This document shows, piece by piece, positions 36,041 through 46,111 of a stretch of DNA of 55,051 nucleotides (positions within the stretch are counted from its first letter, which is position 1; each line of letters opens with the position of its first letter). A program made the position numbers and the translations under genes. The notes below the pieces were generated by a model, which saw nothing but the letters and a program-made list of their open reading frames with translations, was not told where the DNA came from and did no database searches. Source of the DNA: Chthoniobacterales bacterium (GTDB lineage: Bacteria; Verrucomicrobiota; Verrucomicrobiia; Chthoniobacterales; JBKEAD01); contig JBKEBM010000071.1 in assembly GCA_047973165.1 (NCBI GenBank), positions 1-55,051 on the forward strand, read 5' to 3'.

Positions 36041-36066
36041 GTGGGAGAAAGTGGGGACTTGTGGAG
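36041..36066 (+). promoter_or_regulatory. Putative MraZ operator: three GTGG(G/A) direct repeats at 10-nt spacing
   Basis: GTGGGAgaaaGTGGGGacttGTGGAG at 36041, 36051 and 36061, which is 32 nt upstream of the mraZ ATG. A TTGACT -35-like hexamer lies at 36022-36027. Confidence 0.6.
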
Positions 36067-36097
36067 AAGAATGATGATTTTTTCCAAGTTTTAACCC

Positions 36098-36586
36098 ATG
36101 GATGCAGAAAATCAAACGATAAAATCGGACAACCCATCTTCAAATGGGAAGTGTCTGTTTTTTGGTACTTTTGAGCGTGCGCTTGATACCAAAAATCGAA
36201 TTACTGTGCCCTCACAGTGGTTGCGTGGTCGGGAGTTAGAGTTCTATGTTATGCTGAATCCCCAGGCACAGAGGCGTTTTCTGATTGTCATGCCGAAGAA
36301 AGCTTTTGCGGCTATTGAAAAAGAGATTCGTGCGAGTTCGATGCCCGAAGCAAAAAAACGCATTGCGATTCGGCTCATCTACGGCAAATCCCGACTGGTC
36401 ACCTGCGATGCTCAGGGAAGAATTTTATTACCCGATGATCAGTGCTCTCAGGCCAGCCTGGATAAAGAAACCGTCCTCATCGGGAGCAAAGATCGCTTTG
36501 AAGTCTGGAACAAAAAACGTTGGGAATCCGCTGAGGCAGATGACCAGGCTATTTTCGTGGAAGCTGCAAACCTGATTGGACTCTGA
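36098..36586 (+). CDS. mraZ: Transcriptional regulator MraZ
   Basis: 162 aa. FFGTFERALDTKNRITVPSQW and a second SpoVT/AbrB-like repeat DAQGRILLP. Confidence 0.9.
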   Translation: MDAENQTIKSDNPSSNGKCLFFGTFERALDTKNRITVPSQWLRGRELEFYVMLNPQAQRRFLIVMPKKAFAAIEKEIRASSMPEAKKRIAIRLIYGKSRLVTCDAQGRILLPDDQCSQASLDKETVLIGSKDRFEVWNKKRWESAEADDQAIFVEAANLIGL

Positions 36587-36647
36587 CAACCCCCTTTTCA
36601 CTACAAATCAAAATCGAATCAAAAAGAAAAAACAACCCATCGCAGCA

Positions 36648-37643
36648 ATGAACTACCAGGACTGTGCCAGCCAGCTCTCTCCATCTTCACTGGACAACGC
36701 CTTTGAGGAAGTGGCTTACCATACCCCCGTCATGCCTGAGGAAGTTGTTTCTTTTCTGAAACCTCACCCCGGAAAAATTTTACTCGATGGCACTCTTGGA
36801 GGCGGAGGCCACACCCGGCTTTTGCTTCGGAAGGGAGCCACCGTTGTCGCTCTAGACCAGGACGCCGATGCCATTTCCGAGGTCGAAAGTCACCTTACAT
36901 CTGAAGAAGGCAAATCGCTGCGCGAACACCTGCATATAAAACATCACAACTTCAGAAATGCGGACCACGCTCTCGACGAACTCGGCATTACTCAAATCCA
37001 CGGGGCACTCCTCGATCTCGGAGTTTCATCTCATCAGCTCGATGAAGCTACGCGTGGATTTTCCTTTCAGCAGGACGGGCCGCTCGACATGCGCATGGAT
37101 CGCCGTGCTCACATAACAGCCGCAGATTTAGTCAATTCAGCCGACTTTGAAGAGCTGTTGAGAATTTTTCGCGACTACGGTGAGCAGCATCGTGCATCGC
37201 GTGTAGCCTCACGCATCATCCAGGCCCGGGAAAAAAATCCCATCCAATCAACGGAGGAGCTCACCAAAATCGTCGAATCTGTCATTCCGCGTAAAGGCCC
37301 TAGGCAACCTGCCACTCAGATTTTTCAGGCAATCCGCATAGCCGTAAACGACGAACTGCAGGCCCTCGAAGAAGGTCTCAAAAAAATCACTCAACGTCTG
37401 GCTCCCGGTGCACCCTTTGTTGTCATCTCCTTTCATTCCCTCGAAGACCGAATCGTAAAACATTTTTTCAAAGCACGCAGCCAAAAATGGCTGGACCGCC
37501 CGGAGTGGCCCGAACCTCGGCCAAATCCCGACTGCTGCTTCGAGCTTTTAACCCGCAGCCCCATGGTCGCAGGACCAGACGAAATCAGAAAAAACCCCAG
37601 GGCCAGAAGCGCAAAACTGCGTGTTGCCCGCAAAATAAACTAA
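36648..37643 (+). CDS. rsmH: 16S rRNA (cytosine1402-N4)-methyltransferase RsmH
   Basis: HTPVMPEEV...DGTLGGGGH...LLDLGVSSHQLD...SFHSLEDR. The ATG at 36648 is preferred to the TTG at 36576. Confidence 0.9.
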   Translation: MNYQDCASQLSPSSLDNAFEEVAYHTPVMPEEVVSFLKPHPGKILLDGTLGGGGHTRLLLRKGATVVALDQDADAISEVESHLTSEEGKSLREHLHIKHHNFRNADHALDELGITQIHGALLDLGVSSHQLDEATRGFSFQQDGPLDMRMDRRAHITAADLVNSADFEELLRIFRDYGEQHRASRVASRIIQAREKNPIQSTEELTKIVESVIPRKGPRQPATQIFQAIRIAVNDELQALEEGLKKITQRLAPGAPFVVISFHSLEDRIVKHFFKARSQKWLDRPEWPEPRPNPDCCFELLTRSPMVAGPDEIRKNPRARSAKLRVARKIN

Positions 37644-37647
37644 TCCC

Positions 37648-38022
37648 ATGAACACCCGACGCAATACCACAAACCCAATCGAATGCACTCGCATCGTATC
37701 CTCTGCTCTGGCCTTTATCCTTCTGACAGTCGGGGCACTGGGTTACGTTTTTCTGAAAAATCAGCAACACTCACTCGGAACAAAAATATCAAAACTCGAA
37801 ACCGAAATCAGTGAGATCAGGTCCTACAACCAGGGCCTTCAGGCAAATGTCACCCGCATGACATCACGGGCTGCCATTCAGGACAAAATGCACCAGGGGC
37901 TCATCGCAATGACTCCCATTTCAGGAAACAACATCGCACGATTCGACGCACCCGTCCTCTATGTGGACGCAGCTGAGTTTAGAAATGCCTCTGCACAAGC
38001 CCCGGAAAATTACGCCCAGTGA
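37648..38022 (+). CDS. ftsL: FtsL-like cell division protein
   Basis: 124 aa with a single TM followed by a coiled coil (KISKLETEISEIRSYNQGLQ). It sits between rsmH and ftsI. Confidence 0.65.
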   Translation: MNTRRNTTNPIECTRIVSSALAFILLTVGALGYVFLKNQQHSLGTKISKLETEISEIRSYNQGLQANVTRMTSRAAIQDKMHQGLIAMTPISGNNIARFDAPVLYVDAAEFRNASAQAPENYAQ

Positions 38023-39767
38023 AATGGAATGTCTCAACCCGAATTTGCCTGGCTGGCTGCGTAGTTGGCACCGTTTTCACGGTGTTTTCGGGGAGGCTTA
38101 TACATTTGCAGGTCGGTCAGCATGAAGCTTTCTCTCAACTGGCTGCCAAAAAAAATTCCATTCGCCAAACCATCTACGCCCGCCGGGGCAACATCATCGA
38201 CCGCAACGGAGAAGTCCTGGCCACAAACATCCCCACACGCACCGTCATTGCAGACGGCTCGCATGTCACCGACCCGAAGGCACTCGCCGAGCTTGCCGCT
38301 CCGTTTTTAAAAATCGACATGGCCGAGCTTGAAAAAGATTTTTCGAGCGACCGCAAATACATCATCATCAAAAAAGATGTGGCCGAAGACGTCGCCATCA
38401 ACCTCCGTGACGCCGCCCGCGAAAAAAAATTACCCGGACTCTATTTCGAACAAACCAGTCGCCGTATTTATCCAAACGGCAAAATGCTCAGCCACGTTCT
38501 CGGTTTCCTCAATCACGACGCCGTTGGAGTCCAGGGAATCGAGCTGAGCATGAATTCCTACCTCCAGGGTGAAAACGGTTTTCGTCACATCGAGCGCGAC
38601 CGCACCGGACGTGAACTCGCCGTTTACCGCGGCCTGGAAAGTCCCCCCAAACACGGCTACAATGTTCAGCTTTCCATAGACATGGCCATCCAGGCAATCG
38701 TCGAAGAAGAAATCGAAAAAGCCTACAGCGACCTCAAACCCGAAAGTATCTCCGCCGTCTTCATAGACCCAAATACGGGAGAAGTCCTGGCAATGGTCAA
38801 CCAGCCAAACTTCGACCCCAACGATATAAATTCGACCAAGCCCGAACAAATGAAAAACCGGGCCATCATCAGTATGGTCGAGCCTGGATCAACCTTTAAA
38901 ATTGTCCCCGTCTCAAGTGCCCTCAACGAAAACCTGGCCACTCAGAGTTCCCTGATTTTCTGTGAAAACGGGAGGTATCACTACGGAGGCCGGGTGCTCC
39001 GCGACCACCACGGTTACGGACAACTCTCCGTCCACGATGTCCTCGTAAAATCCTCAAATATCGGAGCTGCCAAACTCGCGATGATGGAGGGTAACCAAAA
39101 ATTCTACGAATACATCCGCCGCTTCGGATTCGGCGAACGAACTGGCATCGAACTCCCCGGAGAAATTCCCGGCCTTGTCCACCCGCCGCACCGCTGGAGC
39201 AAAATTTCCATCACTCGCATCCCCATGGGGCACGAGATTGCAGTTACTCCCATTCAGATCAGCATGGCCATGGCCACAATCGCCAACGGCGGTAACCTGA
39301 TGGCTCCGCAAATCGTTCGCGAAATAACAACTACGGACGGTCAGCAACTGAATACTTTTTCCCCGCAGGTCGTTCGCCGCGTTGTTCGCGAAGACGTTAC
39401 GCGAGAAGTTCGCGCCGCTCTCAACGAAGTTGTCAGCACCCGCGGCACCGCTCCCCTTGCTCACGTTGAGGGATACCAGGTCGCTGGCAAGACCGGCACC
39501 GCCCAGCGCGTCGATCCCAAAGGAGGCTATACCCCCGGAAAATACGTCGTCTCTTTTGCCGGCTTTCTCCCTGCCGACAAACCGGAAATTCTCGGTTACG
39601 TCGTGGTCGATGACGCAAAATCGCTCAACGTAAAAAATTACGGCGGCCTCGTGGCGGCACCCATTTTTTCACGCATCGCAGAACGCTCTGCACGCTATCT
39701 CGACATCCCACCCGCTCTGCCGGCTCTGCCGTTGGCAGCGGTAAACCCACAGGCTGCTCAACATTGA
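38019..39767 (+). CDS. ftsI: Peptidoglycan D,D-transpeptidase FtsI (class B PBP)
   Basis: 582 aa. PGSTFK (SxxK), SSN and KTGT motifs. The GTG start overlaps the ftsL stop. Confidence 0.9.
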   Translation: MKWNVSTRICLAGCVVGTVFTVFSGRLIHLQVGQHEAFSQLAAKKNSIRQTIYARRGNIIDRNGEVLATNIPTRTVIADGSHVTDPKALAELAAPFLKIDMAELEKDFSSDRKYIIIKKDVAEDVAINLRDAAREKKLPGLYFEQTSRRIYPNGKMLSHVLGFLNHDAVGVQGIELSMNSYLQGENGFRHIERDRTGRELAVYRGLESPPKHGYNVQLSIDMAIQAIVEEEIEKAYSDLKPESISAVFIDPNTGEVLAMVNQPNFDPNDINSTKPEQMKNRAIISMVEPGSTFKIVPVSSALNENLATQSSLIFCENGRYHYGGRVLRDHHGYGQLSVHDVLVKSSNIGAAKLAMMEGNQKFYEYIRRFGFGERTGIELPGEIPGLVHPPHRWSKISITRIPMGHEIAVTPIQISMAMATIANGGNLMAPQIVREITTTDGQQLNTFSPQVVRRVVREDVTREVRAALNEVVSTRGTAPLAHVEGYQVAGKTGTAQRVDPKGGYTPGKYVVSFAGFLPADKPEILGYVVVDDAKSLNVKNYGGLVAAPIFSRIAERSARYLDIPPALPALPLAAVNPQAAQH

Positions 39768-39771
39768 TCCC

Positions 39772-41328
39772 ATGAGACTTTCCCAGCTACTCATCAATGT
39801 TCCCGGTGCCCCCGGAGATTTTGCCAAAGACCCGGAAATCAGCGGTCTCAGCTACGATTCGCGTCACGCCAAACCCGGGCATATTTTCTTCGCCCTGCCA
39901 GGCACAAAGACCGACGGCCAACGCTTTATCGCCGATGCCATTAAAAACGGAGCAGTCGTCATCATCTCGCAAAATCAGGACGGCAAAGGCGATGCTGTTT
40001 TCATTCAGGTCCCGGATGCGCGTGAAGCCATGGCGCACGCCGCAGCTAACTTTTACGACAATCCATCCAAAAAATTAAAAGTCATCGGCGTCACCGGAAC
40101 CAACGGAAAAACAACCACTGCCTGGCTGGTCAGCCACCTCATGAAAGCAGGCTCCCAGCACTGCGGTCTGATCGGGACAATCACCTACGATCTTGGAGGA
40201 CGCCAAATCCCCGCGCCACGTACGACTCCCGAAGCACCGGATCTGCAGGAAGCAATGCACGAAATGCTCCTCTCCCGCTGCAAAGCATGTTCCATCGAAA
40301 TTTCCAGCCACGCACTCGCTCAGAAACGCAGCCACGCCATCGAATTTACCGCAGCCATTTTCACTAATCTGACCCAGGATCACCTCGACTATCACGGGTC
40401 CATGGAAAATTACTTTGAGGCAAAAACAAAACTCTTCTCCCAACTCGCAACGAGTGGACGAAAAGGAGCCAAGGCCATCATCAACAGCGACGACCGCTAC
40501 GGCCATTTCCTACTGCAAAGTTTCGACAAAAAATTAAAAATCCTCCGCTACGGACTCGGAGTCGGAAATGACTTCCGCGCAAGTAATATCCAAAGCAACG
40601 TCCTCGGCACTCAGTATCGCCTGGAAGCCAAAGGTCGGGAATATCTCGTTCGCCTGCCGCTGATCGGGCTTTTCAATGTTTACAACTCCCTTGCCGCACT
40701 CGCTGCCGTTTCCAGCGCAGGTGTCGAACTCCGCCGGGCAATCAGTGCTCTGGCAAACATCCCTCAAATCCCGGGCCGTCTTGAGCGCGTCCCCTGCAAA
40801 CGTGATTTTCAGATCTTTGTCGATTATGCTCACACCGAGGACGCCCTGGAGAATGTTTTAAAATCCCTGCGCGAGCTCAAACCCCGCCGCCTCATCTGTG
40901 TCTTTGGCTGCGGCGGCGACCGCGATAAATTTAAACGCGCTCACATGGGAAGCGTCTCCGAAAAATTTGCCGACTTCTCCATCCTCACTACCGATAATCC
41001 CCGCTCTGAAGACCCGGAAAAAATTCTGGCTGACATCAGCGAAGGTATGCGCGGCAGACATCACGAGATTATCCCCGACCGTGAAAAGGCCATTTTCCGC
41101 GCCGTGGAAATTGCCGAGGGTAAAGACATCATCCTCATTGCCGGCAAAGGCCACGAACTTTATCAGGAAATCAAAGGCGAGCGTCACCCCTTCGACGACG
41201 TCCGCGTCGCAACCTGGGCACTTAACGACAAGCCTTCTTCTCTCCCCGCAGACGAGGATGAAAAACCGAAATTTACTGAGCACGACAGCCACACACCCGA
41301 AGAAAACTCTCTTCAAAATAACACCTGA
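39772..41328 (+). CDS. murE: UDP-MurNAc-L-Ala-D-Glu--2,6-diaminopimelate ligase
   Basis: GVTGTNGKTTT P-loop and the DNPR motif typical of meso-DAP-adding MurE. Confidence 0.9.
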   Translation: MRLSQLLINVPGAPGDFAKDPEISGLSYDSRHAKPGHIFFALPGTKTDGQRFIADAIKNGAVVIISQNQDGKGDAVFIQVPDAREAMAHAAANFYDNPSKKLKVIGVTGTNGKTTTAWLVSHLMKAGSQHCGLIGTITYDLGGRQIPAPRTTPEAPDLQEAMHEMLLSRCKACSIEISSHALAQKRSHAIEFTAAIFTNLTQDHLDYHGSMENYFEAKTKLFSQLATSGRKGAKAIINSDDRYGHFLLQSFDKKLKILRYGLGVGNDFRASNIQSNVLGTQYRLEAKGREYLVRLPLIGLFNVYNSLAALAAVSSAGVELRRAISALANIPQIPGRLERVPCKRDFQIFVDYAHTEDALENVLKSLRELKPRRLICVFGCGGDRDKFKRAHMGSVSEKFADFSILTTDNPRSEDPEKILADISEGMRGRHHEIIPDREKAIFRAVEIAEGKDIILIAGKGHELYQEIKGERHPFDDVRVATWALNDKPSSLPADEDEKPKFTEHDSHTPEENSLQNNT

Positions 41329-41343
41329 AATCTGACCCGATCC

Positions 41344-42744
41344 ATGGACCCTACATCGATTCTTACTCTTGCTGACTGGTGCGACGGACGCATCGAGGCT
41401 GGCTCTGCCAGCCCTGCGGAGCTTTGTATCGACAGCATCAGCAAAGACACGCGGTCCATTAAATCCGGCAGTCTTTACCTCGCCCTGCGCGGAGAAAAAT
41501 TCGACGGCAACGATTTTCTGCTCCAGGCCCGTGAGGCAGGAGCCATTGCGGCAATTGTCGACCGCCCGGACATTTCGTCTCCGGATAAAAGTTTTCCTCT
41601 CATTCGTGTCGAAGATTCTCTTGCAGCCCTGCACTCACTTGCCAGCGCATGGCGCAAACAACTCACACTCCGCGTCGTGGGAATCACCGGCAGCAGCGGC
41701 AAGACCAGCACAAAGGACTTAATCGCCGGCGTGCTCGGCCACCGTTTTGCAACCATCAAAACAGAAGGAAATCTTAACAACCATATAGGTCTCCCTCTCA
41801 GCATTCTCCGCGCTACATCTCAGGATCAAATGGCCGTTTGGGAAATGGGTATGAATCACATCGGCGAAATTGCTCCTCTCGCCGCCCTTGCCCAGCCCGA
41901 CATCGGAGTGATCGTAAATATCGGAACAGCCCACATCGAATTTCTCGGCTCCCAGGAAGCCATCGCTCTTGAAAAAAGCGCACTCCTCAAAGCCCTGCCA
42001 CCTGATGGCGTCGCTGTCCTCAATGCCGATGACGCCTTCACCAGCCTCCTGAGTAAACAAACCTGTGCCAGCATTTTTACTGCCGGAATTCAGGGCGGCG
42101 AACTTCGTGCAGACAACATCCGCGAAGAGGAGAGCGGCATTCAGTTTACTCTCTGCCACGGCGGCGAAAGCGCACAAACACATCTGCAAACACACGGACG
42201 ACACATGGTAAGCAACGCTCTGCTCGCCGCAGCCGTCGGACTAAAAAGCGGACTCTCTCTCGAAGATTGCGCCACCGCTCTCAGCAAAGTCACCCTCACT
42301 TCAGGTCGCCAGCAACTCCGCAAAATCTCAGACATTCTCTTCATCGACGACACCTACAACGCCAACCCCGATTCAATGCAGGCCGCCCTGCGCACGCTCG
42401 CAGACGTCCCCGCCGACGGACGCCGAATCGCCGTCCTCGGGCGCATGGGCGAACTCGGTTCCTATGCTCCGGAAGGCTACAAACAAACCGGAAAACATGC
42501 GGCACAACACGCCGACATCCTGATCACTATCGGTTCGGACGCCACCGCCATCGCAGACGCCGCCCACGCAGACGGGCTACAGAAAATTTTTAAAGTTACC
42601 GATCATACCGAAGCAGTTGCCCTGCTCCGCTCCATCGCACGCCCCGCCGACACCGTCCTGGTCAAGGGCAGCCGCGCAGCCGGACTGGAACGCATCTTCG
42701 TCGCTCTCGAAAGCAAAACTCCTCACCAACCAGTTACCACCTAA
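41344..42744 (+). CDS. murF: UDP-MurNAc-tripeptide--D-alanyl-D-alanine ligase
   Basis: GITGSSGKTSTK, DDTYNANP, and position in the dcw order. Confidence 0.9.
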   Translation: MDPTSILTLADWCDGRIEAGSASPAELCIDSISKDTRSIKSGSLYLALRGEKFDGNDFLLQAREAGAIAAIVDRPDISSPDKSFPLIRVEDSLAALHSLASAWRKQLTLRVVGITGSSGKTSTKDLIAGVLGHRFATIKTEGNLNNHIGLPLSILRATSQDQMAVWEMGMNHIGEIAPLAALAQPDIGVIVNIGTAHIEFLGSQEAIALEKSALLKALPPDGVAVLNADDAFTSLLSKQTCASIFTAGIQGGELRADNIREEESGIQFTLCHGGESAQTHLQTHGRHMVSNALLAAAVGLKSGLSLEDCATALSKVTLTSGRQQLRKISDILFIDDTYNANPDSMQAALRTLADVPADGRRIAVLGRMGELGSYAPEGYKQTGKHAAQHADILITIGSDATAIADAAHADGLQKIFKVTDHTEAVALLRSIARPADTVLVKGSRAAGLERIFVALESKTPHQPVTT

Positions 42745-43875
42745 ATGCTTTACTATCTCCACTACATCGAAGCGTGGACTCGCAGCGGCGGGTTCGATTA
42801 CGATTTTTTTAAAGCCTTCAACGTTTTTCAATACATTACGTTCCGAAGCATCTGTGCCGCTATCACCGCCTTTCTTATTTCCATTCTCTTTGGGAATTAC
42901 GTCATCTGTCGTCTCATCTCCCTGAAGTTTGGCCAGCCCATCCGCAGTGCAGACGAAGTCCACAAGCTGTTTGAACTGCACGGGGCAAAAAAAGGCACCC
43001 CCACCATGGGTGGCGTTCTCCTCATCGGTTCCATGCTGATCGCCACTCTGCTGTGGAGTCGCCCGGATAATCCCTTTGTCTGGCTGGTCGTTTTCACAGT
43101 TATTTTCCTGGGATCACTCGGCTTCTACGACGATTATTTAAAGGTAAGCAAAAAAGATTCTGCCGGTATCAGCAGTCGTCTGAAGTTTGCAATGCAGTGT
43201 TTCCTGGCCGTTGTCGTCACAGGATTTTTCTTCTTCGATCCCACACTCAGTGCAAAGGTAAACGAGATTTATATCCCCTTCCTCAAGTCGCCACTCGTCA
43301 TCGGATTTGCCCCGATCATTTTCTTCTTTTACTTAATGATCATCGTCGGCACGTCAAATGCGGTCAACCTCACCGACGGCCTCGACGGCCTCGCCACAGG
43401 CTGCACCGCCACGGTCACTGCAGCCTACGCCGTCCTCACCTATGCCGCCAGTAATCTAAATGCTACCAACTACCTGCAAATTCCACACGTCGGCTTCAGC
43501 GGAGAACTCACCGTTATCTGCATGGCACTTTTCGGAGCCTGCCTCGGGTTTCTGTGGTGGAACTGCCACCCCGCACGCGTCTTCATGGGCGATACCGGCT
43601 CCCTCGCTATCGGCGGCGCTCTGGGGGTCATCGCGATTTGCTGCAAACAGGAATTGCTGCTCGTCATCGTCGGCGGAGTCTTTGTTCTCGAAGCCATGTC
43701 CGTCATTCTCCAGGTCGCCAGCTTCAAGCTCACAGGTAAACGCATTATTCGGATGGCACCTCTCCATCACCATTTTGAACTCAGTGGCTGGAAAGAAAAT
43801 ACGGTTATCGTTCGCTTCTGGATCATGTCCCTTCTCTTTGCGCTCCTTGGACTCGCCACTTTGAAACTTCGTTAA
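42745..43875 (+). CDS. mraY: Phospho-N-acetylmuramoyl-pentapeptide transferase
   Basis: KKGTPTMGG, NAVNLTDGLDGLA and MGDTGSLAIGG motifs. Confidence 0.95.
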   Translation: MLYYLHYIEAWTRSGGFDYDFFKAFNVFQYITFRSICAAITAFLISILFGNYVICRLISLKFGQPIRSADEVHKLFELHGAKKGTPTMGGVLLIGSMLIATLLWSRPDNPFVWLVVFTVIFLGSLGFYDDYLKVSKKDSAGISSRLKFAMQCFLAVVVTGFFFFDPTLSAKVNEIYIPFLKSPLVIGFAPIIFFFYLMIIVGTSNAVNLTDGLDGLATGCTATVTAAYAVLTYAASNLNATNYLQIPHVGFSGELTVICMALFGACLGFLWWNCHPARVFMGDTGSLAIGGALGVIAICCKQELLLVIVGGVFVLEAMSVILQVASFKLTGKRIIRMAPLHHHFELSGWKENTVIVRFWIMSLLFALLGLATLKLR

Positions 43876-43878
43876 AAA

Positions 43879-45201
43879 ATGAACCTTGCTGACAAAAATA
43901 CCCTCGTCTTCGGAATCGGCCACAGCGGTCGGGCCGCTGCGCGTCTGCTCATGCACGAAGGGGCAACTGTCACAATATGGGATTCCGCTCCCCGCGAAAA
44001 AATCAAAGACGTCATCGAAATCGTAACCGACCAGGGGATCGCCTGCCTCACCGGAGACGCATGGGAAAAAGATAATGCCCCTTACGATCTGGCCATCCTC
44101 AGCCCCGGTATCGAACCCACGGCAAAAGAAGTCCGCAAAGTAACCGACAAGGGAACTCCGCTGCTGGCAGAAATCGAACTTGCCTCCCGCATCAACCACG
44201 CTCCCATCGCCGCAATCACGGGCACCAACGGTAAGACCACAACCACCCTTCTGCTGGAAGCTCTTCTGCGTGCTGCCAATATCCGCAGCACCGCCTGCGG
44301 CAATATCGGCAAGCCCTTTTCAGAAGTTGTCCTCGCAACGCCTCGCGACCAGATCATCACGCTCGAAGTCAGCTCCTTTCAGCTCGAAACCATCCAGGAC
44401 TTTCATCCAAAAGTTGCCGTGTGGACAAACTTCAGTGCTAACCACCTGGACCGTTACAACAGCATCGAAGAATACCGCCAGGCCAAGGAACGAATTTTTA
44501 TCAACCAAACCAGCAGCGACTTCGCAATCGTCAATGCCCACGGACCAATACCTGAAACCAAAGCCCAGGTCCTGACCTTCGCAGCAGATTCCTCAAATGC
44601 AGACCTGAGTTTCTCAGGCAATGCAATTCATTTCCAGGGCCGCTCCATTGCGGAGGTGAAAAATCCACGCCTGCTCGGATTCCACAACCGGGAAAATTTA
44701 CTTGCCGCCCTTGGCGCATGCATCGGACTCGGAATCGAACCAGCGGACTTGATTCCATCTCTCGATCAGTTTTCACCCCCTGAGCATCGTTGCGAGCATG
44801 TTGGAACCTTCATGGGAGTCAACGTTATCAACGACTCAAAATCCACAAATTCCGACGCTACGGAAAAAGCTATCCGCTCTTTCGACTCACCCATCATCCT
44901 GATTCTGGGCGGCAAAAACAAAGGCTTCGACTTTTCGCCGCTCACCGCTCTCATTCGCAAGCGCGTAAAACACACCATCGCCCTGGGAGAAATGCGCTCG
45001 TCCATTTCCGAAACGCTGGAGCACCATGATTGCAGCGAAGCCGACAGCCTGGAACATGCTATCGAACTGGCACGTAAACTGACTGTCACAGGCGATACTC
45101 TCCTCTTCAGTCCCGGCACATCTTCCTTTGATATGTTTGCAAACTACGAAGCCCGCGGAAAAGCCTTCAAAAAACTCATCCCCAAATTTTTCTCCCACTA
45201 A
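43879..45201 (+). CDS. murD: UDP-MurNAc-L-alanine--D-glutamate ligase
   Basis: GIGHSGRAAA, ITGTNGKTTTT, and dcw position. Confidence 0.9.
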   Translation: MNLADKNTLVFGIGHSGRAAARLLMHEGATVTIWDSAPREKIKDVIEIVTDQGIACLTGDAWEKDNAPYDLAILSPGIEPTAKEVRKVTDKGTPLLAEIELASRINHAPIAAITGTNGKTTTTLLLEALLRAANIRSTACGNIGKPFSEVVLATPRDQIITLEVSSFQLETIQDFHPKVAVWTNFSANHLDRYNSIEEYRQAKERIFINQTSSDFAIVNAHGPIPETKAQVLTFAADSSNADLSFSGNAIHFQGRSIAEVKNPRLLGFHNRENLLAALGACIGLGIEPADLIPSLDQFSPPEHRCEHVGTFMGVNVINDSKSTNSDATEKAIRSFDSPIILILGGKNKGFDFSPLTALIRKRVKHTIALGEMRSSISETLEHHDCSEADSLEHAIELARKLTVTGDTLLFSPGTSSFDMFANYEARGKAFKKLIPKFFSH

Positions 45202-45223
45202 TCACCCAAACCAAAGACACACC

Positions 45224-46087
45224 ATGAAACTAAAACTAACAAAAACAGCAAAAAAGCCTGATAAAAAGGCTCCCGTAAAAATACGTGCTGCTGCATCGCG
45301 TGCCTCCAGGCGCTCACTTGCAGCATCCGAAGAAGATGAATACTACGAAGAAAGCGAACCCAATATGCGCCTGTCGCACGCCTTCATCGTTGTTCTCATT
45401 CTCCACGTCATCGCCGTCGGAGGCGTCTTCGGATTCAATACCATAAAGTCCCGTCAAAGCTCCCTGGCAAAACTCGAATCCGAAGCAGCCGCAACAGCCA
45501 GTGCCAGCACAGCAGCCCAGGAAAACGAAGACAAACTGGTATCCGGACTTCCTGAGAATATCGAGCCACCTGCACCCGTTGCTGCACAAAGCAGCATCGC
45601 CAGCACGACTCAGACATTGCCGCCGCCTCCAGCTCCCTCATCCGCTCCAAAAACCTCAAAGGCTGCGGCTGGCCAACGCACCCACACGGTCGTTGCCGGA
45701 GACACGCTCATCCGCATTGCCAGGCAGAAAGGCACTACGGTCGAGCAGCTCATGAGCACAAACAAGCTCGGAGAATCTTCCGTCATCCGTGTCGGCCAGG
45801 TTCTTATTATTCCTGATACAGCGCAGCAGGTTTCCAAACCAGCCATTGTTAAAACGACTCCAAAAACTGCATCTGAAAAAAGTATGCCGGTGAAAAAAGA
45901 GACTGCCAGCAAAGCAACGAGCAGCAGCGGAACCGTTACGGAATATGTCGTCGAAAAAGGAGACAATCCCTACTCGATCGCAAAGGAGCTGAAGGTCAGC
46001 TACACGAAATTGCTTGAGGTTAATAATATTGATGATCCGACCAAACTTCAGATTGGTCAGAAACTCAAAATTCCAGCCTCGAATTAA
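45224..46087 (+). CDS. Membrane-anchored protein with two LysM domains, encoded inside the dcw cluster
   Basis: An internal ATG at 45224 gives a basic N-terminus, one TM (LSHAFIVVLILHVIAVGGVFGF), an Ala/Pro/Ser-rich linker and two LysM repeats (HTVVAGDTLIRIARQKG...GQVLIIP and YVVEKGDNPYSIAKELK...GQKLKIP). Confidence 0.8.
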   Translation: MKLKLTKTAKKPDKKAPVKIRAAASRASRRSLAASEEDEYYEESEPNMRLSHAFIVVLILHVIAVGGVFGFNTIKSRQSSLAKLESEAAATASASTAAQENEDKLVSGLPENIEPPAPVAAQSSIASTTQTLPPPPAPSSAPKTSKAAAGQRTHTVVAGDTLIRIARQKGTTVEQLMSTNKLGESSVIRVGQVLIIPDTAQQVSKPAIVKTTPKTASEKSMPVKKETASKATSSSGTVTEYVVEKGDNPYSIAKELKVSYTKLLEVNNIDDPTKLQIGQKLKIPASN

Positions 46088-46111
46088 TCCATCTTTTACG
46101 ACTGATCTCCT

